From the NCBI GenBank assembly GCA_002453165.1, contig DKGH01000158.1:1-63275 (forward strand): 63,275 nucleotides of DNA, read 5' to 3'. Position 1 is the stretch's first letter. Every line of letters starts with the position of its first letter. Below are positions 1 to 9,857 of this stretch, in pieces. The DNA comes from Verrucomicrobia bacterium UBA6775. Lineage in GTDB: Bacteria > Verrucomicrobiota > Verrucomicrobiia > Limisphaerales > UBA1096. Position numbers and translations under genes: made by a program. The notes under the pieces were generated by a model that saw only the letters and a program-made list of their open reading frames with translations, was not told the DNA's origin and ran no database searches.

Positions 1-205
1 TCTCTCTACTCATCGATGTCTCTGTATCTCCACCTTTGTGAGAGAGGACAAACACACTCATACGTAGGTCGTACTTAATTGAGATTTAGGTCTAAGAACG
101 TTTGGAACAGAAGAAGTAAGAGAATCAAAGGGAACTTCAAAATCTCTAAGAACAAATCGAAAGAGTTATAATTATATTATCATGAGATAAATTAAGCTAA
201 ATTGA

Positions 206-460
206 TTATTTGATGCGGCGACGTAAGAGAAGTGGATCAAAATTATCGTTACTATCGTAAGCAAAGGGTTCCCATCCCTTAGGGATTTTCTTGCCATTGG
301 ATGTTTTAAACTCCCATTGCTGATTTTTGTCCCACGACAAAATTTCAATTTTTTCCAAAAGGTTCTTATTAGTAGGTTTATTTGAAGCACCTGTACTGAG
401 AACTACAGTAGTAGTTAACAATACACCTATAGCAAATGATTTCCATTCAAGTATTTTCAT
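206..460 (-). CDS. hypothetical small secreted protein (84 aa)
   Basis: ORF inside the AT-rich left flank. N-terminal hydrophobic stretch FAIGVLLTTTVVLSTGA looks like a signal peptide. No family recognised. Confidence 0.3.
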   Translation of the reverse strand: MKILEWKSFAIGVLLTTTVVLSTGASNKPTNKNLLEKIEILSWDKNQQWEFKTSNGKKIPKGWEPFAYDSNDNFDPLLLRRRIK

Positions 461-782
461 GGTCGTCTATTTAAACACGTTGGCTGATACAAAGGTTACG
501 AATTTAAGCATTAAAAGCAGAGAGAGAGGCTAAATTCATCTGAATAAGTTCCGATAATTGGGTCTGTTTGGACATTTAAGATTGATGAATCACAATGAAT
601 TCATCAGATGAGGGACGGTGATGTTTTCTGTGCTTTGTATTTACAAAATTCACCGAAATTTCCAAAACTCAATGTTCTCAACGGTTTTCGACGATTTGTT
701 TTCGGTTTGAAAATTCACTAAAGTAACCATCCGGCGAAAGGTTGACGGGGGGAGGATCTCTCTTCAGTTTTTTCACTTCGTT

Positions 783-808
783 CGCTTGGCCAAGCGCTTG
801 GCTAAGCG
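783..808. repeat. iterated palindrome, double unit (second unit GGCT variant)
   Basis: cgcttggccaagcgcttggctaagcg, 14 nt upstream of the DUF1552 ATG at 822. Confidence 0.9.
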
Positions 809-821
809 GAGTGTTGCTTTG

Positions 822-2084
822 ATGAACGTTGACAGACGAAATTTCTTGAAGGGCGCTGGCGTGGCCATTGCGTTGCCGCTGCTTGAGTCGATGCCTGCCC
901 TGCGCGCGGCGCAAAAGGCCGCCAAGAGTGCAGGGCCGGTGAAGCGGTTTGTTTGTTTGTCGAACAATTACGGTATTTATAAGAAGGGCTTTTTCCCTGC
1001 CACGGCGGGCACGGATTACGTGTTGCCGCCGACGCTGAATCCGCTTGAGCGGCATCGCAGGGATTTCACGGTCTTCTCCAATCTCGACCACGGCAACACG
1101 GGCGGGCATCAGGGCGTGCCTGTGCTGCTCAGTGGTGTGCGGCCGCATCTGGCGGCGGGTTTTCCGGAAGGCAATATCAGCCTCGACCAGAAAATGGCCG
1201 AACACGTGGGCGCGGCCACGCGGTTTCCGTCGCTGACGGTTCGCGTGAATGAAGCCAATTTCACCAGCTTCACGCGTACGGGAGTGCAGGTGCCGGCGAT
1301 TGATTTGCGGCAAACGTATCGCGCCTTGTTCCTCGAGGAACCGGCCGCAGCCAAGGCCAAGCAACGGCAGCAATTCAAGCTGCACGGCAGTATTTTGGAT
1401 GTGGTGCTGGAGCAGGCGAAAGCGGTGAAGGGCGAGCTCGGTAAGCAGGATCAGCACAAGTTTGAGGAGTACCTCGACTCGGTGCGGTCGCTGGAGAAAA
1501 AGATCGTGCAACAGGAGCCGTGGATCGACCAGCCCAAGCCGAAGACCGATCAGCCCGAGCCGCCTCAAGGCAAGGGCACGGCGGCCGATCTCAAGGCGAT
1601 GATAGAGCTGATTGCGCTGGCGATCCAGACCGACTCCACGCGAGCGATCACGCTTTCGTCCGGTTTTGTGAATGGCGACTTCGGGCTCAACGGCGGCTAC
1701 CACGGTTTTTCGCATCACGGCAATCGCGACAGCCACACCAGTGCGCTGATGAAGATCGAGGCCAACATGACCACGCAGATGGCGCACCTGCTTGACCTGC
1801 TCAAGGCGCACCCGGATCCCATCAACGGCGGCACATTGCTCGATCACACGATGGTGTTCTTCGGCTGCGGCATGGCCACGGGCACGCACTCCACGAAAAA
1901 CCTCCCGCTGCTGCTCGCGGGCGGCGGCTTCAAGCACGGCGAGTCGAAGATTTATCCAGAAGAAGATGCCCAGCGCGTGCCGGCGGCGAACCTGCTGCTG
2001 TCCATGCTGCAGAACTTCGGTGTGGAAGCCGACCGCTTTGGCACCAGCTCCGGCACCCTGACCGGCCTCGAGCGGAAATCATGA
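822..2084 (+). CDS. DUF1552 (HXXSHH) family protein with Tat-type signal
   Basis: N-terminus MNVDRRNFLKGAGVAIALPLLES has a twin-arginine motif. Internal GYHGFSHHGN matches the HXXSHH signature. ORF-track start 786 lies inside the palindromic repeat, so ATG 822 is preferred. The stop overlaps the next start (ATGA at 2081-2084). Confidence 0.85.
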   Translation: MNVDRRNFLKGAGVAIALPLLESMPALRAAQKAAKSAGPVKRFVCLSNNYGIYKKGFFPATAGTDYVLPPTLNPLERHRRDFTVFSNLDHGNTGGHQGVPVLLSGVRPHLAAGFPEGNISLDQKMAEHVGAATRFPSLTVRVNEANFTSFTRTGVQVPAIDLRQTYRALFLEEPAAAKAKQRQQFKLHGSILDVVLEQAKAVKGELGKQDQHKFEEYLDSVRSLEKKIVQQEPWIDQPKPKTDQPEPPQGKGTAADLKAMIELIALAIQTDSTRAITLSSGFVNGDFGLNGGYHGFSHHGNRDSHTSALMKIEANMTTQMAHLLDLLKAHPDPINGGTLLDHTMVFFGCGMATGTHSTKNLPLLLAGGGFKHGESKIYPEEDAQRVPAANLLLSMLQNFGVEADRFGTSSGTLTGLERKS

Positions 2085-5000
2085 ACCGCCCGCGCGGCAT
2101 CGCGTTTCTCCTGCTGCTCGCCGTCGTCTGGCCGCTTGGCCAAGCGCGTGCGGACAAGGCACTCAATGCGCTGAAACCATTTCTGCGCACGCACTGCCTC
2201 GAGTGTCACGGACCGGACAAGCAGAAGAACGAAATTCGTTTCGATACATTGGGCACCGACCTCACCGACCGGCGCACGCTGGAGATTTGGCAGGATGTGC
2301 TGGATCAATTGAACCTCGGCGAGATGCCGCCCAAGAAAGCCGCGCAACCCGAGCGCGCGGACACCGCCCAGTTTATCGACGCCCTCAGCGCGCGGCTGGA
2401 GCTGGCCTACGCGCAGCGCAAGAGCACCGGCGGCCAAACGGTCATCCGCCGCCTGAACCGCCTCGAACTACGCAGCACCCTGCGCGATCTGTTGCACTTG
2501 CAGGGCGCGGCGTATCGGCCCGGCGCAGTGAGTGGGCTCGTGGACAACAACGGCAATGGCCGCGTGGAGCGGCAGGGCAACGATCCAGTGCGTTTCTTTC
2601 CCGAGGACGAATTGGACGAGGGCTTTGCCAATATCGGCGACCGGCTGGTGATGTCCGATTTCCTGCTCAACCTCATGCTCGGTGCCGCCGAGGAAACCAT
2701 TGGCGCCGCCACGCACCCCGGGCCGCGGCCGGCCGTGCAGCCGCGCGAATTTGCCGCGCCCTTCGTGCAGGGCCGCAAGCTGGGCCAGCGCACCATCGAG
2801 ACGGTGGCGCGCGAGGAGTTTCACAAGGATGTCGACCTGCTCACGCAACGCTACTACGAGGGCGGCGACGGTCGGCTGGTGCCGCGCGAACTGGGCGGCG
2901 GCGTGCGCACCTCGGCACGGTATCGCGTGACCATTGAGGTGAGCGGCCACAACCAGAAACATCCGTGGGATGAACTGGCCAAGACGGATCAGACGAAGCT
3001 GTTCAAGATTGGACTGCACGTGGCCGACGCGCGCAACGGCGGCATCGGCGGGCCCACCTCGCGCACGGTGCAGGTTTGGGATTTGCCCGGCGACGGCAAG
3101 CGGCGTGCGTTCAGCGCCGAGTTGTGGATTGATGACACGTGGATGCCATGGGTCGGCTGGGAGAACGGCCCGTACGATCGCAATTTTCGCGCCGAGCGGT
3201 TGGTGAAGAAATATTATCCGGCACAATTCAAGCCGCGCCCGGATCGCAAGGCCGTGCCGAAGGAAGTGTACGACGCGTGGCCGGTGGAGATGGCGCGCGT
3301 GCTGCTCAAGGCCGGTTATGCCGGGCCAAATGTTCGCGTGCATCGGCTGAAGCTCGAGCCGTTGATTGATGAATGGCCGCCGCGCAGTCACGTGGCGTTG
3401 TACGGCAGCGGGCCGGTGGCACCAGCGGATGTTGAAAAGCTGCTGAAGAATTTCGCCGCTCGCGCCTGGCGCCGGCCGGTGACCGATGCCGAAGTGGCCC
3501 CGTACGTGAAGCTCGTGCGTGGATTGATGGCGGATCCCAAGGCCAAGCCATTGGGCGCGATCAAGGATTTGAAGTGCCGCGTGTATCACGGCAAATGGAC
3601 CAAGCTGCCGAAGTTCGACGAGCTGAAGCCGGCGGCCGAGGGTGCGTTGGCCGGCGGGTTAATCGACATTCGCCCCGCACGCAGGCCGGACTATTACGGC
3701 ATGGTGTTTGAAGGCCGGCTTGAGGCACCGGTGGCGGGCGAGTACGCATTTGAGCTGGCGTCTGACGACGGCTCGCGTCTGATCGTCGCCAACCAAAAAG
3801 TCATCGAGCACGACGGCCTGCACGGCGCCTCCACCAAGCGCGGCAAAGTGCGCTTGGCCAAGGGCACGCACGCGATTCGGCTGGAGTATTTCGCTTACGG
3901 CCGGCCGAACAGTTTGCGCTTGGCTTGGAGCGGGCCGGGCATCGCGAGCACGCCGTTATCCGTCGCCCAAACCGCGCCGCAGCAAATCGTGGGCAACCCC
4001 GACGAAGCCCGCGCCATCCGCGCCTTGCAGGCGGGCTACACGGCGCTGCTGTGTTCGCCGCGCTTTTTGTACCTGCGCGAAAACGCCGGCGACCTCGACG
4101 CCTACGCGCTGGCCTCGCGCCTTAGTTATTTCCTGTGGTCGTCGATGCCCGACGAGACACTCTTCCGCCTCGCCGCCAAAAACAAACTGCGCGAGCCGGC
4201 CGTGATGCGTGCGCAGGTGGAGCGCATGTTGAAGGATCCCAAGTCCGAGGCCTTCGTGCAGAACTTCACCACCACCTGGCTGCGGCTCGACAAGCTCGGC
4301 AAAATGCCGCCGGAGAAGGGTGGGCCATTCCGGTTTTATCACGACCGCAGAATGGAGCCGATGCTGTCGAAGCAGGCCGCTGCGTTTTTCGCTGACGTGC
4401 TTGTGCGCAACGAACGCATTACCACCTTCATCCATTCCGATCACACGTACCTCAATGCCCACATTGCCCGCTGGATGTACAACCGCGACGATGTGCCCGG
4501 CGAAGGCATGATCCGCGTGCTCACTCACGACCCGCGCCGAGGCGGCATCCTCACCATGCCCGCCGTGATGACCGCCACCGCCAACGGCGTCGACACCTCG
4601 CCCATCGTGCGCGGTGTGTGGTTGCTGGAAAATATTTTGGGCACACCGCCCTCGCCGCCGCCGCCCGATGTCGAGCCGCTCTCGCCCGATCTGCGTGGCG
4701 CCAAGACCATCCGCGAACAACTCGAGCTGCACCGCAAACACGAGGCTTGCGCCAGTTGCCACCGCAAGATTGACCCGATGGGATTTGCCTTCGAAAATTT
4801 TGACCCCGTCGGCCGCTGGCGCACCAACTACCGCACCAACTACCGCCCCAAAATCGACGCCACCACCGAACTGCCAAACGGCGATCAACTAGCGGACATC
4901 GTCGCCTTCAAGCAAATGCTCCTAAAACGCGAGCCCGATTTCGCCCGCTGCCTCACCGAGAAAATGCTCACCTACGCCACCGGCCGCCGCCTCGAGCCTC

Positions 5001-5110
5001 TCGACCGCGGCGAGATCAACCGCATCACCTCCGCCCTCGCCAAAAACGGCAACCGCCTCCGCGACCTCGTCCACCTCGTGGCCACCAGCGAGATTTTTTT
5101 GCAGAAGTGA
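2081..5110 (+). CDS. PSCyt3/PSD-type giant exported protein (DUF1587/1592/1595/1588/1585 architecture) with PA14-like insert
   Basis: Signal peptide is followed by CLECHGPDKQKNEIRFD...LGEMPP. Also WLLENILGTPPSPPPPDV and C-terminal CASCHRKIDPMGFAFENFD. PA14-like block YYGMVFEGRLEAPVAGEYAFELASDDGSRLIV lies at about nt 3560-3945. Confidence 0.85.
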   Translation: MNRPRGIAFLLLLAVVWPLGQARADKALNALKPFLRTHCLECHGPDKQKNEIRFDTLGTDLTDRRTLEIWQDVLDQLNLGEMPPKKAAQPERADTAQFIDALSARLELAYAQRKSTGGQTVIRRLNRLELRSTLRDLLHLQGAAYRPGAVSGLVDNNGNGRVERQGNDPVRFFPEDELDEGFANIGDRLVMSDFLLNLMLGAAEETIGAATHPGPRPAVQPREFAAPFVQGRKLGQRTIETVAREEFHKDVDLLTQRYYEGGDGRLVPRELGGGVRTSARYRVTIEVSGHNQKHPWDELAKTDQTKLFKIGLHVADARNGGIGGPTSRTVQVWDLPGDGKRRAFSAELWIDDTWMPWVGWENGPYDRNFRAERLVKKYYPAQFKPRPDRKAVPKEVYDAWPVEMARVLLKAGYAGPNVRVHRLKLEPLIDEWPPRSHVALYGSGPVAPADVEKLLKNFAARAWRRPVTDAEVAPYVKLVRGLMADPKAKPLGAIKDLKCRVYHGKWTKLPKFDELKPAAEGALAGGLIDIRPARRPDYYGMVFEGRLEAPVAGEYAFELASDDGSRLIVANQKVIEHDGLHGASTKRGKVRLAKGTHAIRLEYFAYGRPNSLRLAWSGPGIASTPLSVAQTAPQQIVGNPDEARAIRALQAGYTALLCSPRFLYLRENAGDLDAYALASRLSYFLWSSMPDETLFRLAAKNKLREPAVMRAQVERMLKDPKSEAFVQNFTTTWLRLDKLGKMPPEKGGPFRFYHDRRMEPMLSKQAAAFFADVLVRNERITTFIHSDHTYLNAHIARWMYNRDDVPGEGMIRVLTHDPRRGGILTMPAVMTATANGVDTSPIVRGVWLLENILGTPPSPPPPDVEPLSPDLRGAKTIREQLELHRKHEACASCHRKIDPMGFAFENFDPVGRWRTNYRTNYRPKIDATTELPNGDQLADIVAFKQMLLKREPDFARCLTEKMLTYATGRRLEPLDRGEINRITSALAKNGNRLRDLVHLVATSEIFLQK

Positions 5111-5179
5111 CTTCCCTTGATTTAGGTCGCTAAATCCGCTCGCGGAAGTTGGTGGACGGTGGTAGCAGTGCGGGAGTTC

Positions 5180-7189
5180 ATGAGGTTTTTATTGGAGCAA
5201 CTGCGTTCGTGCTGCTTGGAAGTTGTTTTATTTTTGTGTTTGTTTGCAGTGAGTACCAGCCATGGGATGGAGGATTTTCAAGTCGGTTTTGGCCGAAGTA
5301 AAATCACGCCGATGGAGTCGCTATGGATGTCTGGTTATGCTGGGCCACATAGGGTGGCGAAAGGGGTTATGGATGATCTGTATGCACAGGCCTTGGCGAT
5401 TCAGGACGGTTACGGATCGCGGGCGTTGCTGCTGCGCATTGATGTATGCGTGATGCATGATTCGACGGTCACACGGATTTGTGACCTCATCAAAAAACGC
5501 ACCGGACTGATGAGACGCCAGATTCTCGTCAACATTTCGCACACGCATTCCGGCCCGGCTGTCGACGAGTTGCATCATTATCCGATGTCCACCGAAGACC
5601 GTGCCAAGCTGGCAGCCTACACGGAGCGGCTCAAGTCGTTGTGTGCTGATGCGGCGGTGGAGGCGGTGGAAGATCTGAAGCCGGCAGTGCTCGATTTCGG
5701 TGTGGGAGAGGCTCACTTTTTTCACAACCGCCGCGGACTTGATGCGGCCGGCCGCTACACCGGGATGCGGGCAAATCCAAACAACCACACGGACCGCGAT
5801 GTGCCGGTGCTGCGCGTTTCGGATACGGATGGACTGGTGCGCGGGGTCGTCTTTGGAGCGGCGTGTCATTGTGTTACCCTGGGAGTGAATGACAAATACT
5901 CAGGCGACTACGCGGGTCAGGCACGCATCCAACTTGAAAAAAAAATCCCCAATGCACTGTTTGTCACCGGCTGCGGGGCGGATGCCAATCCGCATCGCGC
6001 ATCCAACGGAGTCGAGCTTGTGCGTCAGCACGGTGTCACGCTGGCAGCCGAGGTGAATCGTGTAATGGCCGAGCCGATGGTTTCGGTCCGTGGCCCGTTG
6101 AAAACACAGTTTCGCTATGTGGAACTGCCGCTGATCCAATTCGAGTCACGGGCGGAGGTCGAGCAAGTGCGTCGTGGCCCTTACGCTGACTATGGCACAG
6201 TCAACAAGCTGCTGGCCCAGCTCGACCGTGGGGCGCGGTTGCCCACATCTTATTCTGCGCCGTTCGCCGTTTGGCAGTTTGGTAATGACCTCACGCTTGC
6301 GGGGCTGCCGGAGGAGACTGTTTCCGAATATGTCCCCCTGCTAAAGCGAGCGGTTGGCAAACGAAACCTCTGGACGGCCGGTTATTGCAACAGCGTGGCA
6401 AGTTATTTGCCCACTGTCCGGATTATGAAACAAGGCGGGTACGAGACCCGTGGGTTTATCGCGGACTCGCTTGCCGGTTGGTATGCACCCGAGACTGAGA
6501 AGATACTCGTCGATGCCGTTGCCCAGATGGTGGACGATGCCGCGCATCAAGTCACCGAACAATTCAAGCCGACCCACATCAAGACCTACGCTGAATGGCG
6601 CTTCGATCCGGAAGACCTCCACTCCGGCCTGAAAGCCATCGGCAACGTGAAGCGTGGCAGTCGTGGGATCCGACTCGATGGGGACAGTTATCTCGAGGGC
6701 GGTTCCTTAAATCTGTCCGAGGCCGGAACCCTCGGGCTGACGATGGCGGCCTGGGTCAAGCCGGCCCCAGCCGGCTTGAAGGGCAACCGCATGATCATCT
6801 GCCAGTGGGCCAATGAAGTTGCCAAGGACCGGTTTGGCTTCAGCATCAACAACGGCAGGCCGAGCCTCGGGATCGGCGATGGTGTCACCGGGGAACAAGG
6901 GTTCACCGCCGACCAAAATATTGCCACCGATCGATGGACCTTTGTTGCTGCAACGTGGCATCCCTCCACACGCCAATACCGCGTGTACATCGACGGCAGA
7001 CTCACCGCCACCACCGGCAATCAGACTGGTAGCGGCATCAATCCCAAAAGCCCAGTTACTTTAAAGATTGGCGCCCAGGCGACCGATGGTCATCCGCGCA
7101 AATTCATCGGCCAGATCGACGATGTGTGGCTTGGCAACGCCTTGAACCCGGTTGGGATTGAGCAACTTTACAATTCATCGAAAAGGTAG
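5180..7189 (+). CDS. neutral/alkaline ceramidase-like N-domain fused to LamG/concanavalin-like C-domain, secreted
   Basis: GFGRSKITPMESLWMSGYAG and NISHTHSGPAV resemble the ceramidase_alk N-domain. The C-terminal about 170 aa (WTFVAATWHPSTRQYRVYIDGRL...IGQIDDVWLGNAL) is LamG-like. Start could be ATG 5180 or GTG 5159. Confidence 0.6.
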   Translation: MRFLLEQLRSCCLEVVLFLCLFAVSTSHGMEDFQVGFGRSKITPMESLWMSGYAGPHRVAKGVMDDLYAQALAIQDGYGSRALLLRIDVCVMHDSTVTRICDLIKKRTGLMRRQILVNISHTHSGPAVDELHHYPMSTEDRAKLAAYTERLKSLCADAAVEAVEDLKPAVLDFGVGEAHFFHNRRGLDAAGRYTGMRANPNNHTDRDVPVLRVSDTDGLVRGVVFGAACHCVTLGVNDKYSGDYAGQARIQLEKKIPNALFVTGCGADANPHRASNGVELVRQHGVTLAAEVNRVMAEPMVSVRGPLKTQFRYVELPLIQFESRAEVEQVRRGPYADYGTVNKLLAQLDRGARLPTSYSAPFAVWQFGNDLTLAGLPEETVSEYVPLLKRAVGKRNLWTAGYCNSVASYLPTVRIMKQGGYETRGFIADSLAGWYAPETEKILVDAVAQMVDDAAHQVTEQFKPTHIKTYAEWRFDPEDLHSGLKAIGNVKRGSRGIRLDGDSYLEGGSLNLSEAGTLGLTMAAWVKPAPAGLKGNRMIICQWANEVAKDRFGFSINNGRPSLGIGDGVTGEQGFTADQNIATDRWTFVAATWHPSTRQYRVYIDGRLTATTGNQTGSGINPKSPVTLKIGAQATDGHPRKFIGQIDDVWLGNALNPVGIEQLYNSSKR

Positions 7190-7261
7190 GGCTGGATTAA
7201 CTCCGATTGTTTAGTTTTTGAATCCGTACGGAGTTTGGGTAGTCAGTTAATCGACACAAAC

Positions 7262-9838
7262 GTGAGGTTCACGAGAATATTTATTGCGATGATGCTGCTC
7301 GGTGGCGGCTTGGCCAAGGGCTTGGCCAATCGGGAGGAGATGCCCGAGCCGCGCTTGGCCAAGTTTCGTGCAGAGGTGGAGCCGGTGTTGAAGCGCGTGT
7401 GCGTTGGCTGCCACGGGCCGGAAAAACAGAAGGGCAAATTCCGCGTCGACACGCTGGATCCCAACCTGCTCAAGGGGAAGGACGTCAAGTGGTGGCTGGA
7501 GGTGTTCGACGTGGTCGGCAACGGCGAAATGCCGCCGGAGGATGCCGAGGCGCAGCTCACGGACGCCGAGAAGGCGAGGATCGTCGACTGGTTGTCTGGT
7601 GAAATTCAGGTCGCGTCCGAAGTGCGCCGCAGTGAGCAGGGGCACACGTCCTTTCGTCGGCTAACGCGATATGAATACCGGTACGCGCTGCAGGATCTGC
7701 TGGGTATTCCGCACGATTTCTCACGCGACCTGCCGCCGGAGACGGCCTCTGAGGATGGATTCAAAAACAGCTCCGAGTTGCTGCAAATGACTGCGGTGCA
7801 GTTTGAGCAGTACCGCGAGCTGGCGCGCAAGGCGCTGGAGCGGGCGACGGTTTGGGGGGCGCGACCGCAGGCGGTCTACTACGGCATCTCGATGCGGGAC
7901 GCTGCCAAGCGGATCAACGCCAAGTACACAGCGAACATTGAGGGAACGAGAAAACGGATCAAGGAGGAGGGACTCACCGTCGAGGAGGCGTTTCAGCAAC
8001 AGGGCGAGAAGTTCGAGCGAAACCACAATGGGATGCATTATCGGGATTTGGTGACCGGGCAGGGCATCGGGCCGAGCTGGAGTTACAATGGCGCCAAGCA
8101 TGCATGGACGCCCACCACCACGAGGCCGGAGGTGCCGCCGGTCTCGCCTGATATCGTGATGATCCCGGCAAACGCGAGGTACATCATCGACGTCGGTGAC
8201 GGTCTGCCGGACGTGGGCAACATGCGCGTGCGCATCCGGGCGGCACGATATTCGGCGGAGGAAAAACACCCGCCCACGCTGCGGTTGTATTTTGGCAACC
8301 AGGCCAGCAACGACTCACGTGTCGCGGTGCGGGCCGGTGAGCATGACATCACCGTCACAGCGCATCCGGACAAGCCGGAGTTTTATCACTGGGACGTTCG
8401 CCTCAGCGAGATCGCCCGCAACGCCTATCGACACATCACAAAACTGGGCGATCTACCCAACCCGGCGGAGTTCTTTCACATCCGAAATGTCTCCAGCAAA
8501 AAAGTGGCCGTGCAGATCGACTACGTGGAGATCACCGCGCCGACTTTCGACCAGTGGCCGCCGGAATCGCACACTCGAATTTTCCTTGATGGCCAGGGCA
8601 AGGCAAACGAGGACAAGTATGCCCGCAAGGTGTTGACGCAGTTCATGCGCCGCGCTTGGCGCCGGCCGGCCACCGAGGTGGAGGTTGATCAAAAGATGGC
8701 GCTCATGGCCAAGCTCCGTCCGCAGTGCGAAGATCTGCAGGAGGCACTGGTCGAGGTGCTGGCCACGGTATTGGCCTCGCCCAAGTTTTTGTATCTCGTG
8801 CGCGATGGGGAGGCCGGCCAAGAGGGCATCCCGGACTACGAGTTGGCCAGCCGGCTTTCGTTTTTCCTCTGGAGCAGCCAGCCGGATGCCAAGCTGCTGC
8901 GCTTGGCCAAGCAGGGCCGGCTGCGGAATTCGAAAGTGCTCGATCGGCAGGCCAAGCGCATGCTGGCCGACCCGAAGGCCAAGCGCTTGGCCAAGCACTT
9001 CACGCGGCAATGGCTGGGACTGGAGTTGCTGGATTTTCTGAAGGTCGATACCGGCGCACACGGGCGATTTGACCCGCTGTTGATGGAGGCCATGAAGGAA
9101 GAGCCGGTGGCATTCTTCGCCGAGGTGCTGCGGGGCAACCGGCCGGTGACCGATTTTCTGCAGTCCGATTTCGCAATGGTGAACGATCGCCTGGCCAGTC
9201 ACTACAAGCTGCCGGAGTTGACGGGCGACCATTTGCGCCCGGTGAAATTGAAGCCAAGCGATCGACGTGGCGGGTTGCTCACTCAGGCCGGTTTGCTGGC
9301 GATGAACTCGGACGGCAAGGATTCGCATCCGCTCAAGCGCGGCATCTGGCTGCTGGAAAATATTTTGAACGATCCCCCGCCCCCTCCACCCCCTGCTGTT
9401 CCGGAGATCGACTTGGCCGACCCGGAGATTCTCAAGCTCACGCTCAAGCAGCGGATGGAGCAGCATCGCGACGACCCTGCCTGCTACTCGTGCCACGCCA
9501 AGATCGACCCGTGGGGGATCGCGTTCGAAAACTTTGATGCCGTTGGCAGGTGGCGTGACACGATCGGCAAGGAGCCTGTCGACGCCACAAGCAAGTTGTT
9601 CAACAAACACGAGTTGCGCGGGATGGTTGGCCTGAAGGAGTACCTGTTGGCCAACCGGCAGGATCAGTTCGCCCGCGCGATGACCCACAAACTGGCCGCC
9701 TACGCGCTTGGCCGGCCGCTGACGTTTGGCGACCGAGCCGAGGTGGATCGCATCACCGTCGAGCTAAGAGAGCAAGGCGACGGGCTGCAGGACCTAGTAA
9801 TTCTGATTGTGAAAAGTGATTTATTTCAGTTAAAATGA
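7262..9838 (+). CDS. PSCyt3/PSD-type giant exported protein (DUF1587/1592/1595/1588/1585 architecture)
   Basis: CVGCHGPEKQKGKFRVDTL...GNGEMPP, WLLENILNDPPPPPPPAVPE and CYSCHAKIDPWGIAFENFD. Start is uncertain (TTG 7235, GTG 7262 or ATG 7289). GTG 7262 gives a plausible signal peptide. Confidence 0.85.
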   Translation: MRFTRIFIAMMLLGGGLAKGLANREEMPEPRLAKFRAEVEPVLKRVCVGCHGPEKQKGKFRVDTLDPNLLKGKDVKWWLEVFDVVGNGEMPPEDAEAQLTDAEKARIVDWLSGEIQVASEVRRSEQGHTSFRRLTRYEYRYALQDLLGIPHDFSRDLPPETASEDGFKNSSELLQMTAVQFEQYRELARKALERATVWGARPQAVYYGISMRDAAKRINAKYTANIEGTRKRIKEEGLTVEEAFQQQGEKFERNHNGMHYRDLVTGQGIGPSWSYNGAKHAWTPTTTRPEVPPVSPDIVMIPANARYIIDVGDGLPDVGNMRVRIRAARYSAEEKHPPTLRLYFGNQASNDSRVAVRAGEHDITVTAHPDKPEFYHWDVRLSEIARNAYRHITKLGDLPNPAEFFHIRNVSSKKVAVQIDYVEITAPTFDQWPPESHTRIFLDGQGKANEDKYARKVLTQFMRRAWRRPATEVEVDQKMALMAKLRPQCEDLQEALVEVLATVLASPKFLYLVRDGEAGQEGIPDYELASRLSFFLWSSQPDAKLLRLAKQGRLRNSKVLDRQAKRMLADPKAKRLAKHFTRQWLGLELLDFLKVDTGAHGRFDPLLMEAMKEEPVAFFAEVLRGNRPVTDFLQSDFAMVNDRLASHYKLPELTGDHLRPVKLKPSDRRGGLLTQAGLLAMNSDGKDSHPLKRGIWLLENILNDPPPPPPPAVPEIDLADPEILKLTLKQRMEQHRDDPACYSCHAKIDPWGIAFENFDAVGRWRDTIGKEPVDATSKLFNKHELRGMVGLKEYLLANRQDQFARAMTHKLAAYALGRPLTFGDRAEVDRITVELREQGDGLQDLVILIVKSDLFQLK
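7308..7330. repeat. iterated palindrome, double unit (GGG-joined variant)
   Basis: gcttggccaagggcttggccaat inside the signal-peptide coding region (GLAKGLAN). A third copy, gcgcttggccaag, lies at 7351-7363. Confidence 0.85.
8977..8996. repeat. iterated palindrome, double unit
   Basis: ggccaagcgcttggccaagc inside a CDS, read as AKRLAKH. Confidence 0.9.
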
Positions 9839-9857
9839 CCGCTGCACTACGAAGGCC

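Noticed and set aside
678-1937. 419-aa ORF on the minus strand, antisense to the DUF1552 gene
   Set aside because: Arg/His/Leu-rich low-complexity translation with no recognisable motif, fully overlapped by a well-supported + strand gene. This is the typical spurious open antisense frame of GC-rich DNA. The same reasoning applies to 2468..3589, 3956..4888, 8453..9688, 13096..13851, 16071..16889, 19469..20350 and 20438..21484.
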